From Candidatus Woesearchaeota archaeon (lineage in GTDB: Archaea > Nanobdellota > Nanobdellia > Pacearchaeales > GW2011-AR1), in assembly GCA_964384965.1 (NCBI GenBank), contig CAYLLR010000002.1:1-40080 (forward strand): a DNA stretch of 40,080 bases, written 5' to 3'. The position numbers and the translations under genes are program-made. Below the pieces are notes generated by a model, which searched no databases, had not been told where the DNA came from, and worked only from the letters and a program-made list of their open reading frames with translations. Below, one piece after another: positions 16,998 to 25,911 of the stretch (position 1 is the stretch's first letter; each line of letters opens with the position of its first letter).

Positions 16998-17912
16998 TTA
17001 ATCCGATATTTTTGTAAGGATTATCTGATTGTTTATTAAAGAGATTTCTTTATTTTTGGTTTTAACAAAAATCTTTAATTTTTCTATTTTTCTTTTTGAA
17101 ACCCATATGTTTTCAAGTTTAATACTCAGACCATATCCTATTTTTATATTTTTAAAATCAATTTTTTTAAGAATTTCTTTGTCTCCATAGATAATCAATT
17201 CGCCTTTTTCCGAATCACTCAAACCAATATTTCTGATTGAAATATTAATTCGCAGATATCTCCCTTTAATTTCTGCAGAAACATTTTCAATTTTTAAATC
17301 CGGATATGGTGGAAAAGAATACAACCTTCCTATTTCATTTAATAGATCATCTCCAAGAGTTTGCGAGCATTTAGTTACAGGATACATAATATTGTTTTTG
17401 TTTTTTGAATGATCAAATCCTAAGGCATGAAGCAATTCATGTATTTCAATATTTGGCCTCTCACAAGAAGATTCTCTTAAAAGGAGGATATTTCCTTTAA
17501 AGATAATATTAAAATTTTCACCAGAAATAATTTTGGTTGGACCTCCCTCGCCCGCAATGAAAAGTCCACTTTTTGAAGTTTTTGATTTCTCATCACAATT
17601 AACCTCTATTTCTTCTCTTTCCACGACGGGATAAAATTTAAGAAGGGTTAGGTTGCTAAGATAGTTAAATCCTTTAATCATTTCACTCTTTTTTTTCAGG
17701 GTACAATTCTCGTCAATTTTATAAGAAATGTTTGGATTTGGAAATCTCATATTCTTATAGAACTGCATTTTGGTAGAGGTGTTTTTTATATTGAAGTTCG
17801 GGTTTTTATTCACACCGAATCGAACCTCTTCGAATGGCAAAAACCAATAAATAAAAATTGAAATTATAAAAAATATGCTGATAAATCCAAAAAAAATTTT
17901 TTTCCAATCCAT
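16998..17912 (-). CDS. membrane-anchored metzincin (matrixin-like) zinc metalloprotease
   Basis: N-terminal TM FFGFISIFFIISIFIYWFL. Zinc site HELLHALGFDH (HExxHxxGxxH) followed by an IMYP Met-turn. The C-terminal beta-rich segment (LKIENVSAEIKGRYLRINISIRNIG) resembles CARDB-type domains. Confidence 0.75.
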   Translation of the reverse strand: MDWKKIFFGFISIFFIISIFIYWFLPFEEVRFGVNKNPNFNIKNTSTKMQFYKNMRFPNPNISYKIDENCTLKKKSEMIKGFNYLSNLTLLKFYPVVEREEIEVNCDEKSKTSKSGLFIAGEGGPTKIISGENFNIIFKGNILLLRESSCERPNIEIHELLHALGFDHSKNKNNIMYPVTKCSQTLGDDLLNEIGRLYSFPPYPDLKIENVSAEIKGRYLRINISIRNIGLSDSEKGELIIYGDKEILKKIDFKNIKIGYGLSIKLENIWVSKRKIEKLKIFVKTKNKEISLINNQIILTKISD

Positions 17913-18004
17913 ACCCTCATTAGTGAAAATTGTTATATAAAACTTATTAAATAGTTCTTTAAAAAGTTAACAATTTATATAAATAATTTAAGACTTATTT
18001 TTAT

Positions 18005-19150
18005 ATGGAAAAACCAGAAAAAACTGATTTTTTAAAAATTAGTTTCGATTTGGACCCAGTTATAGAAATTAAAAAAAGAATTTCGTTTCCAGAATCAAAT
18101 ATAAAAAAAATTGATTTTAAAATAAAAAATGGTTTTTTTTATAGATTTACTTTCAATACTCTCTTTGAATATTTGGGAAAAAAAGAATCCTTATTAAATG
18201 AAATTTACACATTTAAGGGAAAGATAATAAAAGGGGATCTTTCAAATTATATTGTTTCGGAAGGAAATGAAAAAGAAATTAAAATCCCCGATTTCAAAAA
18301 TTCTTATTTTTTAGCAAAAGAAGAACTTAAAAAAATAACCCAAGAAAAAATAAACAATCTCTCAAAAATGTTAGGGGTTGATTTTGAAAATAAAAAAGAA
18401 AAAATTGAAAAAAATTTTATTTTAGAAACTAAAGAATTTCAAAATAGTCTCGAAGAAATAAGTGAAAAGTTAATGGGATTTGTAAAAAAAGGGGATTTGG
18501 AAAAAATTTCGGAACAAAAAAAATTAATTGATTCACTCAAGGAAAAATTAAATTTCGAAGATTTAGAAAAAGATAAATTGAGGGCAATTCAATTAGAAAG
18601 TCAGAAGCATATTCTAAATGTCAATAATAAACTTCAAAAAACAACAATAATTTATTATCCAATTTATCTTTTTGAGATTCAAATAGAAAAAGGGGGGGTA
18701 AAAAAATATTTTATTGTCGAATTTAATCCAATTACCAATGAAAGTCAAGGGATGGTTTGTGAAAATTGTTCGAACAAAGTAAAAGAAATTTTTATTTGTG
18801 GTTCTGGTCACGCTACGTGTAAGAATTGTTTAAAAATTTGTGGTTTATGCAATGGAAAATTTTGTGACAAATGTCTAAAAAATATTTGTGAGATTTGTTC
18901 AAAAAAAATTTGTCGTGATTGTTCCGTTAGGTGTTTTCGGTGTTCAAAATTAGTTTGTAAAAGCCATACGCGAAAAGATAAAATTTCCGGGCAAGTTAAT
19001 TGTTCTCTTTGTTTAAAGAGATGTGAAAGATGTGGAGAACAAAAAGACCCGTACACATTTAAAGTAAGCAAAAAAACAAATGCTGAAATTTGCGAAAAAT
19101 GCTTCAGAGATGAAATGCAGGGAAAAGTCTTGGAGGATCTCTTTGATTAA
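18005..19150 (+). CDS. coiled-coil protein with C-terminal multi-zinc-ribbon array
   Basis: The last ~130 aa contain about 11 CxxC/CxxH pairs (CENC, CKNC, CGLC, CDKC, CEIC, CRDC, CFRC, CKSH, CSLC, CERC, CEKC). The N-terminal ~240 aa are K/E-rich. Confidence 0.55.
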   Translation: MEKPEKTDFLKISFDLDPVIEIKKRISFPESNIKKIDFKIKNGFFYRFTFNTLFEYLGKKESLLNEIYTFKGKIIKGDLSNYIVSEGNEKEIKIPDFKNSYFLAKEELKKITQEKINNLSKMLGVDFENKKEKIEKNFILETKEFQNSLEEISEKLMGFVKKGDLEKISEQKKLIDSLKEKLNFEDLEKDKLRAIQLESQKHILNVNNKLQKTTIIYYPIYLFEIQIEKGGVKKYFIVEFNPITNESQGMVCENCSNKVKEIFICGSGHATCKNCLKICGLCNGKFCDKCLKNICEICSKKICRDCSVRCFRCSKLVCKSHTRKDKISGQVNCSLCLKRCERCGEQKDPYTFKVSKKTNAEICEKCFRDEMQGKVLEDLFD

Positions 19151-19216
19151 TTAAAAAAGTGAAAAAGAAATTCCAAGGGCAATTGATATTCTTTTTAATT
19201 TATTGGAGGTTGTAAC

Positions 19217-21115
19217 TTATTTTGGATTATCATTGCAATAAAAATTTTCCTCAATAAGTTCTTTTTTCATTTCCTTGTTAATGAAGTATGTATGATTTTT
19301 TCCAGAGTAAGTTAGATAAAGTTTGTTTTTAGCTCTTGAAATTGCGACGTAAAAAAGTCTAAGTTCCTCTTCTTCTTTGTCATATTCATACATTTTAATT
19401 TTTTCAATAATTGGGTGGTCTCCGGACTTACAGGGGAAGTTATTGTTTGTGCAACCCATTAAAAAAACAAGTTCGGCTTCAAGCCCTTTTATGGAATGAA
19501 TTGTAGAAAGAACAATCTCCCCTTTTTTTCTGAGAAATTTTTGAGAACCTTCTTCTTTTATACTATGAGGGATTCCTTCTTTAGAAAGAATCTTTGAAAA
19601 TTCTAAAAGTTTTTTATTTGTTCTGGACAAAACAAAAATTTCTTCACGTGAAATTTTGGAAGACAAAATTTTTTCCTTAATAAAATTAAATTCTAAATTT
19701 TCGTTAGAAAATTTGCAAAGTTTTAGAAATTTTTTTCCTTTGATGGTTGTTTCTAAATCCGGAAGTTTCATTTTTTTAATTGAAAGATTCATTAGTTTTA
19801 CAAGATGGTTATTGCTTCGATAGTTTTTTTTAAGGGTTATAATCTCACAACCAAAATATTTTTTTTGAAAATTTAAAATATATTTTACCTTAGAACCTCT
19901 CCAACCAAAAATTGATTGTCTGGGATCTCCAACACAAAAAAAGTTTTTTGAATTTAATAGATCTAAAAGTTCAACTTGTTCGGAGTTGACGTCCTGAAAT
20001 TCATCCACTAAGATATGGTCAAATTGGGGGATAAATTTAGGATACATTTTAAAAAAAGTAAGAACATCGTTTATCTGGTCAGAGTAAGTTCTTAACCCGT
20101 TTTCGAACATGTGTTTTTCCAAAAACTCCGTAATTTTTAAAATTAATTCCAAATTAGGATTTTTTTCTCTCGAAAAACTTTTTTTGAATTCTTCAAAACT
20201 TTTTTTTGTCGATTTAAAATATTCAAAAACTTCGAAACAATCCGAAACAAATAAATTTTGTAATTGATATAAATTTTTGTTTTTTTTCTGGCTTTCACTA
20301 AAATATTTATTAATTGCTTTTTGAATGTTTTCCCCAAAATTATCAAGTGCTCTTAAAATTGCGACCATTTTGTCTTGAAATGTGGCAACCCTAACTCTTC
20401 GACCATAGATTCTTCCCCCATTTTTTAAAAGAATTTTTTCACAAAAAGAATTAAATGTTTCGACAAATACTCCTACTCCCATCAACTCCAATCTTTTTTT
20501 CATCTCCTCTTTTGCTTTGCGAGTAAAAGTTATTGCTAAAATCTTTTCTGATTTTACCCTTCTCATTTTATTTAAAAATTCTATCCTTTTTGTCAGGACG
20601 GAAGTTTTTCCTGTTCCCGCTCCGGCAATACATAAAATTTTTTCTTTTGGAGAAATTATTGCTTTTTTTTGTTCCGGGTTAAATCCAGACAAAAAATTTT
20701 CCAATTCTTTAAATGCATAAATCTCTTCTTTGCTTATTTGTGTTTCAATTTTTGTATAATTTTCTGAAATTTTTTTAGAATTTAATTTTGGATTAATTAA
20801 TTCATTTACCCCCTTTTGACTAATTGACAAAACTTTTGCAAATTTATTAAAAACAGAATTTGAGATGGAAATAAGGTCATTAATTATTAAATTTTCAATA
20901 AGCTCTTTTATTTCTTCCTTGGATAAATGGGATAAAATTCCAAAATTATTTCTTTTAAACATTTTGTTTTTTTCTATTGATTTGTTTTTCATTTCTCCTA
21001 ATAAAAAATCAATCAAAAGGTTTTTTCCAATTGGGAAAGGAATTTCATTCAGACTTTTTAAGATAAATAAATAATCTTTGGATGTGTCTCTTTTATATTC
21101 TGGAATTTCCACCAT
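19217..21115 (-). CDS. UvrD/PcrA-like superfamily 1 DNA helicase with N-terminal winged-helix-like domain
   Basis: Q motif FNPEQKKAI, Walker A AGAGTGKTS, motif Ia AITFTRKAKEEM and motif II VDEFQDVN. Also GDPRQSIF, YRSN, TIHSIKGLE and motif VI LFYVAISRAKNKLYL. Confidence 0.85.
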   Translation of the reverse strand: MVEIPEYKRDTSKDYLFILKSLNEIPFPIGKNLLIDFLLGEMKNKSIEKNKMFKRNNFGILSHLSKEEIKELIENLIINDLISISNSVFNKFAKVLSISQKGVNELINPKLNSKKISENYTKIETQISKEEIYAFKELENFLSGFNPEQKKAIISPKEKILCIAGAGTGKTSVLTKRIEFLNKMRRVKSEKILAITFTRKAKEEMKKRLELMGVGVFVETFNSFCEKILLKNGGRIYGRRVRVATFQDKMVAILRALDNFGENIQKAINKYFSESQKKNKNLYQLQNLFVSDCFEVFEYFKSTKKSFEEFKKSFSREKNPNLELILKITEFLEKHMFENGLRTYSDQINDVLTFFKMYPKFIPQFDHILVDEFQDVNSEQVELLDLLNSKNFFCVGDPRQSIFGWRGSKVKYILNFQKKYFGCEIITLKKNYRSNNHLVKLMNLSIKKMKLPDLETTIKGKKFLKLCKFSNENLEFNFIKEKILSSKISREEIFVLSRTNKKLLEFSKILSKEGIPHSIKEEGSQKFLRKKGEIVLSTIHSIKGLEAELVFLMGCTNNNFPCKSGDHPIIEKIKMYEYDKEEEELRLFYVAISRAKNKLYLTYSGKNHTYFINKEMKKELIEENFYCNDNPK

Positions 21116-21224
21116 CTGAAATTAAGATAAAATAGGTTTAAATGATTAATGTCTTAGAGATATCCCCACTACTAAGGGATAACAAATAAAAAGATTTATA
21201 TACCAAAAAATAATTGAAATTTCA

Positions 21225-21770
21225 ATGGAAAATAATGAATATTATCAAAAAATAATTAAAGCAGATTTAAATTTCTGTAAAATGGAAAAATCGAATATCC
21301 CCCTCGATTTACCAAAATATACTTTTGATTCTAAGAGTAAATTTATTCTCGGGAAAGGGAGAGATTCTTATGTAATAAGATTAAATGGTAATTCTAAAGG
21401 ATTAGTGGCAAAGGTTCCGGAAGGGAACACCAAATTTAGAAGAATAATTCAATGGGGAGAAATTTTTAAAAATTATGAGGCTTTGGTGAAGGCTTATAAA
21501 ACGGGGTTTAAGGTCGTGAAACCCCTCGGATTTGCAAAAATAAGGGATGTCTCATCAGAAAAAGAATTCTGCGGATTTATTATGGAAAACGCAGGAAACA
21601 AAAATATTCTCGAAATCTCTCCAGAGAAAAGAAAACCCCTTGAATTGATGTTTAACACTCAACTTGAGAAAATGAGAAAATTATTTCCTGGAAAGAGGTT
21701 GGACTTCAATTATAAAAATGGAGTGATTGGAAGGAATAAAGAAATGAAAATTTGTGAAATTTTATACTGA
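21225..21770 (+). CDS. hypothetical protein, possibly truncated protein-kinase-like fold
   Basis: Gly-rich loop GKGRDSYV followed by VAKV, and a later DFNYKN (DxxxxN-like). No DFG-type motif was seen before the C-terminus, so the assignment is weak. Confidence 0.35.
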   Translation: MENNEYYQKIIKADLNFCKMEKSNIPLDLPKYTFDSKSKFILGKGRDSYVIRLNGNSKGLVAKVPEGNTKFRRIIQWGEIFKNYEALVKAYKTGFKVVKPLGFAKIRDVSSEKEFCGFIMENAGNKNILEISPEKRKPLELMFNTQLEKMRKLFPGKRLDFNYKNGVIGRNKEMKICEILY

Positions 21771-21776
21771 ATAATT

Positions 21777-22148
21777 TTAGATCCAGATTCCAGATTTAAA
21801 ATCATAGGTGAAAACTTTGTATTTTTCTTTTCCTCCATAAATAACCATCTTGCCATAAGGGACTTCTATATCTTGAATTAGTTCAAGAAATCTCTTCCCA
21901 GAAAGAATTTGTTCTTTCGCCCGACTTTTTTCATTAATCGATTTTTTTAACTCGACAGGAACGCCCATTCCCCCGTAATAAACGATTAGAATATCGCAGA
22001 GTTTGTTTGGGTTATTTTCCCCAAAATTTTTCCAAATCATTTCTTTTCCTATCCAAAGAACATCTTTTTTTCTTTCACCTATTCTTTCAAGATGTGAAAT
22101 TAACCTATCAAGATGTTTTGAATGAACCCTCATTGAACAATTCGACAT
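21777..22148 (-). CDS. hypothetical protein, possible PD-(D/E)xK nuclease fold
   Basis: CDILIVYYGGMGVPVELKKS fits a D...(E)xK arrangement on alternating beta strands. Weak, motif-only call. Confidence 0.35.
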   Translation of the reverse strand: MSNCSMRVHSKHLDRLISHLERIGERKKDVLWIGKEMIWKNFGENNPNKLCDILIVYYGGMGVPVELKKSINEKSRAKEQILSGKRFLELIQDIEVPYGKMVIYGGKEKYKVFTYDFKSGIWI

Positions 22149-22204
22149 ATCGAAGTTTAGAAAACAGGATTTAAGAAGATTATTGTTTAAGAAAATATAT
22201 TTTT

Positions 22205-22513
22205 TTATTTTTTAAATGATTTAAAATTAAATTTGCCAATTTCTTTTCTTAAAAAGTAAAAAAAGATTCCAGGAATGGTTAAAAGAATTGCCCCTAAAAA
22301 AAGAGAAAATGTTCTGGGTAAATCAAAAAAATAAGAAATTTGGATTCCTAAAAATTCGACAATTCCAATAAAATCAAAATTAAATTTTTCTCCGGGACCT
22401 CTCGAAGAAACCCCAATTAAGAAGGCCCCAACAAAAAATCCAAAAACACCAAAAATCAAACTTTTTATCTTTTCTTTCTTTGAATTTTTTTTGAGAATCT
22501 TTCTTTTCATCAA
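22205..22513 (-). CDS. small membrane protein (2-3 TM)
   Basis: Basic N-terminus followed by hydrophobic stretches LIFGVFGFFVGAFLIGV and LFLGAILLTIPGIFFYF. Confidence 0.45.
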   Translation of the reverse strand: MMKRKILKKNSKKEKIKSLIFGVFGFFVGAFLIGVSSRGPGEKFNFDFIGIVEFLGIQISYFFDLPRTFSLFLGAILLTIPGIFFYFLRKEIGKFNFKSFKK

Positions 22514-22692
22514 TTTTAAACGAAATGATTGTTTTTAATCTTTTTCTGGAACAAAAGCACCATTTCCATATTTAAAACATTTTTAAAATAGAATTAATAA
22601 ATTAATTTTTAACATTTCTTATCACATCATCAATTTTATAAAAAAGGGTCTTTTTATCGAAGTAGTTTTTAAGATACTTCATTCCAAGATAT

Positions 22693-23721
22693 TTAAGGTC
22701 CCCCCCTCCTAATGTCCAAAGAAGTTTTTATTTTACCGGTTTCTACCCTTTTTCTTAAAAAATTTGGAAGTTTTTTGTATTTTGATTGTCCAAGATGATA
22801 ATATAAAATTGTTTGAGCTTCATTATTTGATTCTTTTTCAAGAGTTTTTAGAAAATATGCTCCTACAAGGATGTTTTCCTTAGGACTAAATTTAACTCCT
22901 TTTTTGAAATCATCCAAGGAAGAATTGCTCATAAAATAAAAAAAAGAGGAATCTTTTTCATTTTTTAGTTTTCTATAAAGTCCTGGGATAATCTTTTCAT
23001 TTATTTGAAAGAAATTTATATCTCCCGATGAACCTAAAATATAGGGATAGCCAGAAGATTCATTGGAAAGGATTGTTAAAAGAGAAGAAATTTCCAAATT
23101 ATTTTTTTTAGAAACTTGGTATAGAAATGGAAAATATTCCGCAGAGCGTAAAAATGTTAAAGCCATTGCTCTTTCTGAAGAGGTTTTTGCTTCTCTGGAA
23201 AATTTTTCCAACTTTTTAAGTTTAGAAATTCCTTTAAGGATTTCCTTTAAATACTCATTATGAAAATAGTTTCCATCATTAGCCAAATGCAACAACCCAT
23301 TATAAGATAAAATATTGTAATCTTGGATTTTTGATTTTTCCTTATATATTTTTTCATTTAGCCTTACAAAATCATTATAAATTTTTTGGAAATCGTATTC
23401 TCTTTTAGAAAGATTCTTTCCGGAATAATCAGAAATCATCTGGATAAGACTATCTTTGCTTTTCTTGGAGATTTTCTTCTTTTTCAAGGAAAAGTTCTCT
23501 TTTTTTTCTAAAGAATCCAAAAAATGATAACTTTTTGAATTTCCTTCCAAAACATTTATTGCTTTTATTCTTTCAATCATTAAAGAATTAAGCTCATAAT
23601 AAATAATCTTGTCTGGGGGTTTTATGCTATTTTTAACAAAGAGGGGATTTGAAAAAAAGGCACCAAAAAAGATCGCCCAGATAAATTTTTTCATTTTCAT
23701 TTTATATTTATAACTATTCAA
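22693..23721 (-). CDS. secreted protein with SLT-like (lytic transglycosylase/goose lysozyme) domain
   Basis: Signal-like N-terminus KKFIWAIFFGAFFSNPLF. NNLEISSLLTILSNESSGYPYILGSSGDINFFQI aligns position for position with the SLT signature (x-ES-xxx-P-xxxxxx-G-xxxxx-Q), including the catalytic Glu-Ser. VGAYFLK lies downstream. Confidence 0.5.
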   Translation of the reverse strand: MNSYKYKMKMKKFIWAIFFGAFFSNPLFVKNSIKPPDKIIYYELNSLMIERIKAINVLEGNSKSYHFLDSLEKKENFSLKKKKISKKSKDSLIQMISDYSGKNLSKREYDFQKIYNDFVRLNEKIYKEKSKIQDYNILSYNGLLHLANDGNYFHNEYLKEILKGISKLKKLEKFSREAKTSSERAMALTFLRSAEYFPFLYQVSKKNNLEISSLLTILSNESSGYPYILGSSGDINFFQINEKIIPGLYRKLKNEKDSSFFYFMSNSSLDDFKKGVKFSPKENILVGAYFLKTLEKESNNEAQTILYYHLGQSKYKKLPNFLRKRVETGKIKTSLDIRRGGP

Positions 23722-23774
23722 AACTCCTTGAGAATATAAATTTTATTGGGACGAGAAGTTTATTTAATAAAAAT

Positions 23775-24257
23775 TTATTTTTTCATAAGCTTTCTAAAAT
23801 TTAAATAATTTATTTTTACCATTTTTAAATTTTTTAAATTATACTTTGTTTTTTCGTATTTTGTGAATTCTCTTCTTACATCAAAAAATCCATCCTTATT
23901 TGTGTCTTCTAAATTATAGTCAAAAATTCCGTCGTTATCTTCATCTATTACGACGGCTTCCGCTTTGAAACCCGCAGATATGGAGTTTGGTTTAATTTTT
24001 TTTACTTTGAAAGATGCGACCAAATCAATTTTTCCATCTGAATTTAAATCGTAACCTATAGAGATAAAATCTGGATTTCCCTCCTTAGAATATAAAATTT
24101 TTATCCCTCTGCCGCTTAGAGAGTAATCTCTCCCATCAAAAGAACGAAAAATATTTTGAAGAGAATTTTTAGAGGTGTTATTAGCATTTAAAGAAGGATT
24201 CCCAAAAGTCCAAATCGCAATCGAAGTTAAAAGTATTTTAACTAAATCCATAAGCAA
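23775..24257 (-). CDS. secreted protein with DxDxDG-type calcium-binding loops
   Basis: Signal-like N-terminus LLTSIAIWTFGNPSLNA. Loops DLNSDGKIDL, DEDNDGIFDY and DTNKDGFFDV match EF-hand/dockerin/FG-GAP-like DxDxDG Ca-binding motifs. Confidence 0.5.
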   Translation of the reverse strand: MLMDLVKILLTSIAIWTFGNPSLNANNTSKNSLQNIFRSFDGRDYSLSGRGIKILYSKEGNPDFISIGYDLNSDGKIDLVASFKVKKIKPNSISAGFKAEAVVIDEDNDGIFDYNLEDTNKDGFFDVRREFTKYEKTKYNLKNLKMVKINYLNFRKLMKK

Positions 24258-24335
24258 TTAAAAATTAAACAATTTATAATCATTATTGTGATAAAGAAGA
24301 GGAAAAATTAAAAACAAATTTTTTCTCATTAGAAC

Positions 24336-24698
24336 ATGAAAAAAAAGGTGGGTCTTCTAATTGTTCTCATTGGACTTTTAGGAATCGTGATAATTCTGGG
24401 AAATGACGTAAAAATCGTGGATTTTGATAGTTGTGTTGCCGAGGGAAATCCCATTATGGAAAGTTACCCAAGGCAATGTAGGGAAAAATTTAATGGAAAA
24501 ATTTTTGTTGAATCTATCGAGGAAGAATGGAAGTCTGACGGGATTATACTTATGCAAAATGAAGTAGAAAATTTTTTTGGTTGTTTTGGATGTGGAAAGG
24601 AAATTTGTATTGACCCCGTACCGGAAATGAAACGAATCAATGAAACGAAAGAGATGTATTGCGATTCAAATTTCAAAATTATCAGAGGTAAAAAATAA
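24336..24698 (+). CDS. small membrane-anchored/secreted Cys-containing protein
   Basis: N-terminal anchor VGLLIVLIGLLGIVIIL, then 7 Cys in about 90 aa (DSCVAEG, YPRQCRE, GCFGCGKEICID, MYCDS). Confidence 0.45.
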   Translation: MKKKVGLLIVLIGLLGIVIILGNDVKIVDFDSCVAEGNPIMESYPRQCREKFNGKIFVESIEEEWKSDGIILMQNEVENFFGCFGCGKEICIDPVPEMKRINETKEMYCDSNFKIIRGKK

Positions 24699-24711
24699 CA
24701 AATTAGATTTT

Positions 24712-25911
24712 TTAATTTAAAACAAGCTCAACATTAAATCCAGCTAAATCTTTTTTTAACAAATTAAGAGATTCTTCTTTGTTTCTTTTTAATTTTTTTC
24801 GTCTTTTTTCTTCTTTGATTTTTTCTAATTTCAAATTTTCAATTTCCAATAGAATTTCTTTTATTTTTGGAACTAATCTTTTGGTTTCATCTTTTTTTAT
24901 TTTTAATTTATGTTTTTCTATTTCTTTTAGCTTAAAATCTATTTTTTTTATTTTTTCCATTATTTTTTCATTGTTTAATTTAGCTTCATCTAATAAATTG
25001 ATGATTTGTTTTCCTTTATTCCCTAAAAAAACATCACAAAAATTTTCTCGATACATTTTCACAACTTCCATCTGTTTTGGATATTTGTGAAAAAAATTGG
25101 CCAGACCTTTAAAATCAATAATTTGTTTTAATTCTAAAATACATTTTGGCAGTTCTAACTTTAAAGATTCCTCCTTTCTTTGACTATCCAAAAAATCCAA
25201 ATAATCTTGACTTTTTTTAATTTCTTCTATTCTCTGATTAAGAATTTCTTTTTCTTTTTCTTTTTCTTCTACTTTTTTATTCAAAAATAATTCTCTCTCA
25301 ACGGTTATAGCAAGAAGGTTATCGATTTCATGAATTTTTTGGAGTTCCAATTTAATTTGTGAGATTATATTGAAAAAATCAACAACGCTTTTATTCTCTT
25401 CATGTATCTTAGACAATTCTCTTGAAAAAGTTTTTATTCCCTTTTTTATGTTTGCCATTTCCTTTCCTATTAAAATTGTGGCTCTTTCGTAATTATTATG
25501 GGAGGCTTTATTAAAATCAAAAAAAATTTTGTCTGTTTTTTTTATGAATTCATTGAAATTATCTGTTTCAAGATTTTTTAAATTTTCTAAGAAATTTTTA
25601 ACCATTTCAATATAATTTTTTTTCCCATTATTTACAATCTCTCTCACATCCTCTTTTTCTTTTTTTTCTTTGACATTAAAATCTTCCAAAATTTTTATTT
25701 TTTTATTTAATTCACCCTCATGTATTTTAATTATTTCTTTAATCCTCGAGATTGTTTCTTTTTCTTTGGATTTATTTTCCTTCCTTTTTTTTTCAATCCA
25801 ATTTTCAATCTCAGGAAAAGCAAGCTTTTCAAGGATGTTTTTCTCAACTTTCTTTTCATTAGCGAATTTTTTAAACAAATCAAAGATTCCCATATATTTT
25901 TTTAGAAACAA
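24712..25911 (-). CDS. K/E-rich coiled-coil protein
   Basis: 399-aa ORF, strongly heptad-like and K/E/I/L-rich throughout. No enzymatic motif. Confidence 0.5.
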   Translation of the reverse strand: MFLKKYMGIFDLFKKFANEKKVEKNILEKLAFPEIENWIEKKRKENKSKEKETISRIKEIIKIHEGELNKKIKILEDFNVKEKKEKEDVREIVNNGKKNYIEMVKNFLENLKNLETDNFNEFIKKTDKIFFDFNKASHNNYERATILIGKEMANIKKGIKTFSRELSKIHEENKSVVDFFNIISQIKLELQKIHEIDNLLAITVERELFLNKKVEEKEKEKEILNQRIEEIKKSQDYLDFLDSQRKEESLKLELPKCILELKQIIDFKGLANFFHKYPKQMEVVKMYRENFCDVFLGNKGKQIINLLDEAKLNNEKIMEKIKKIDFKLKEIEKHKLKIKKDETKRLVPKIKEILLEIENLKLEKIKEEKRRKKLKRNKEESLNLLKKDLAGFNVELVLN

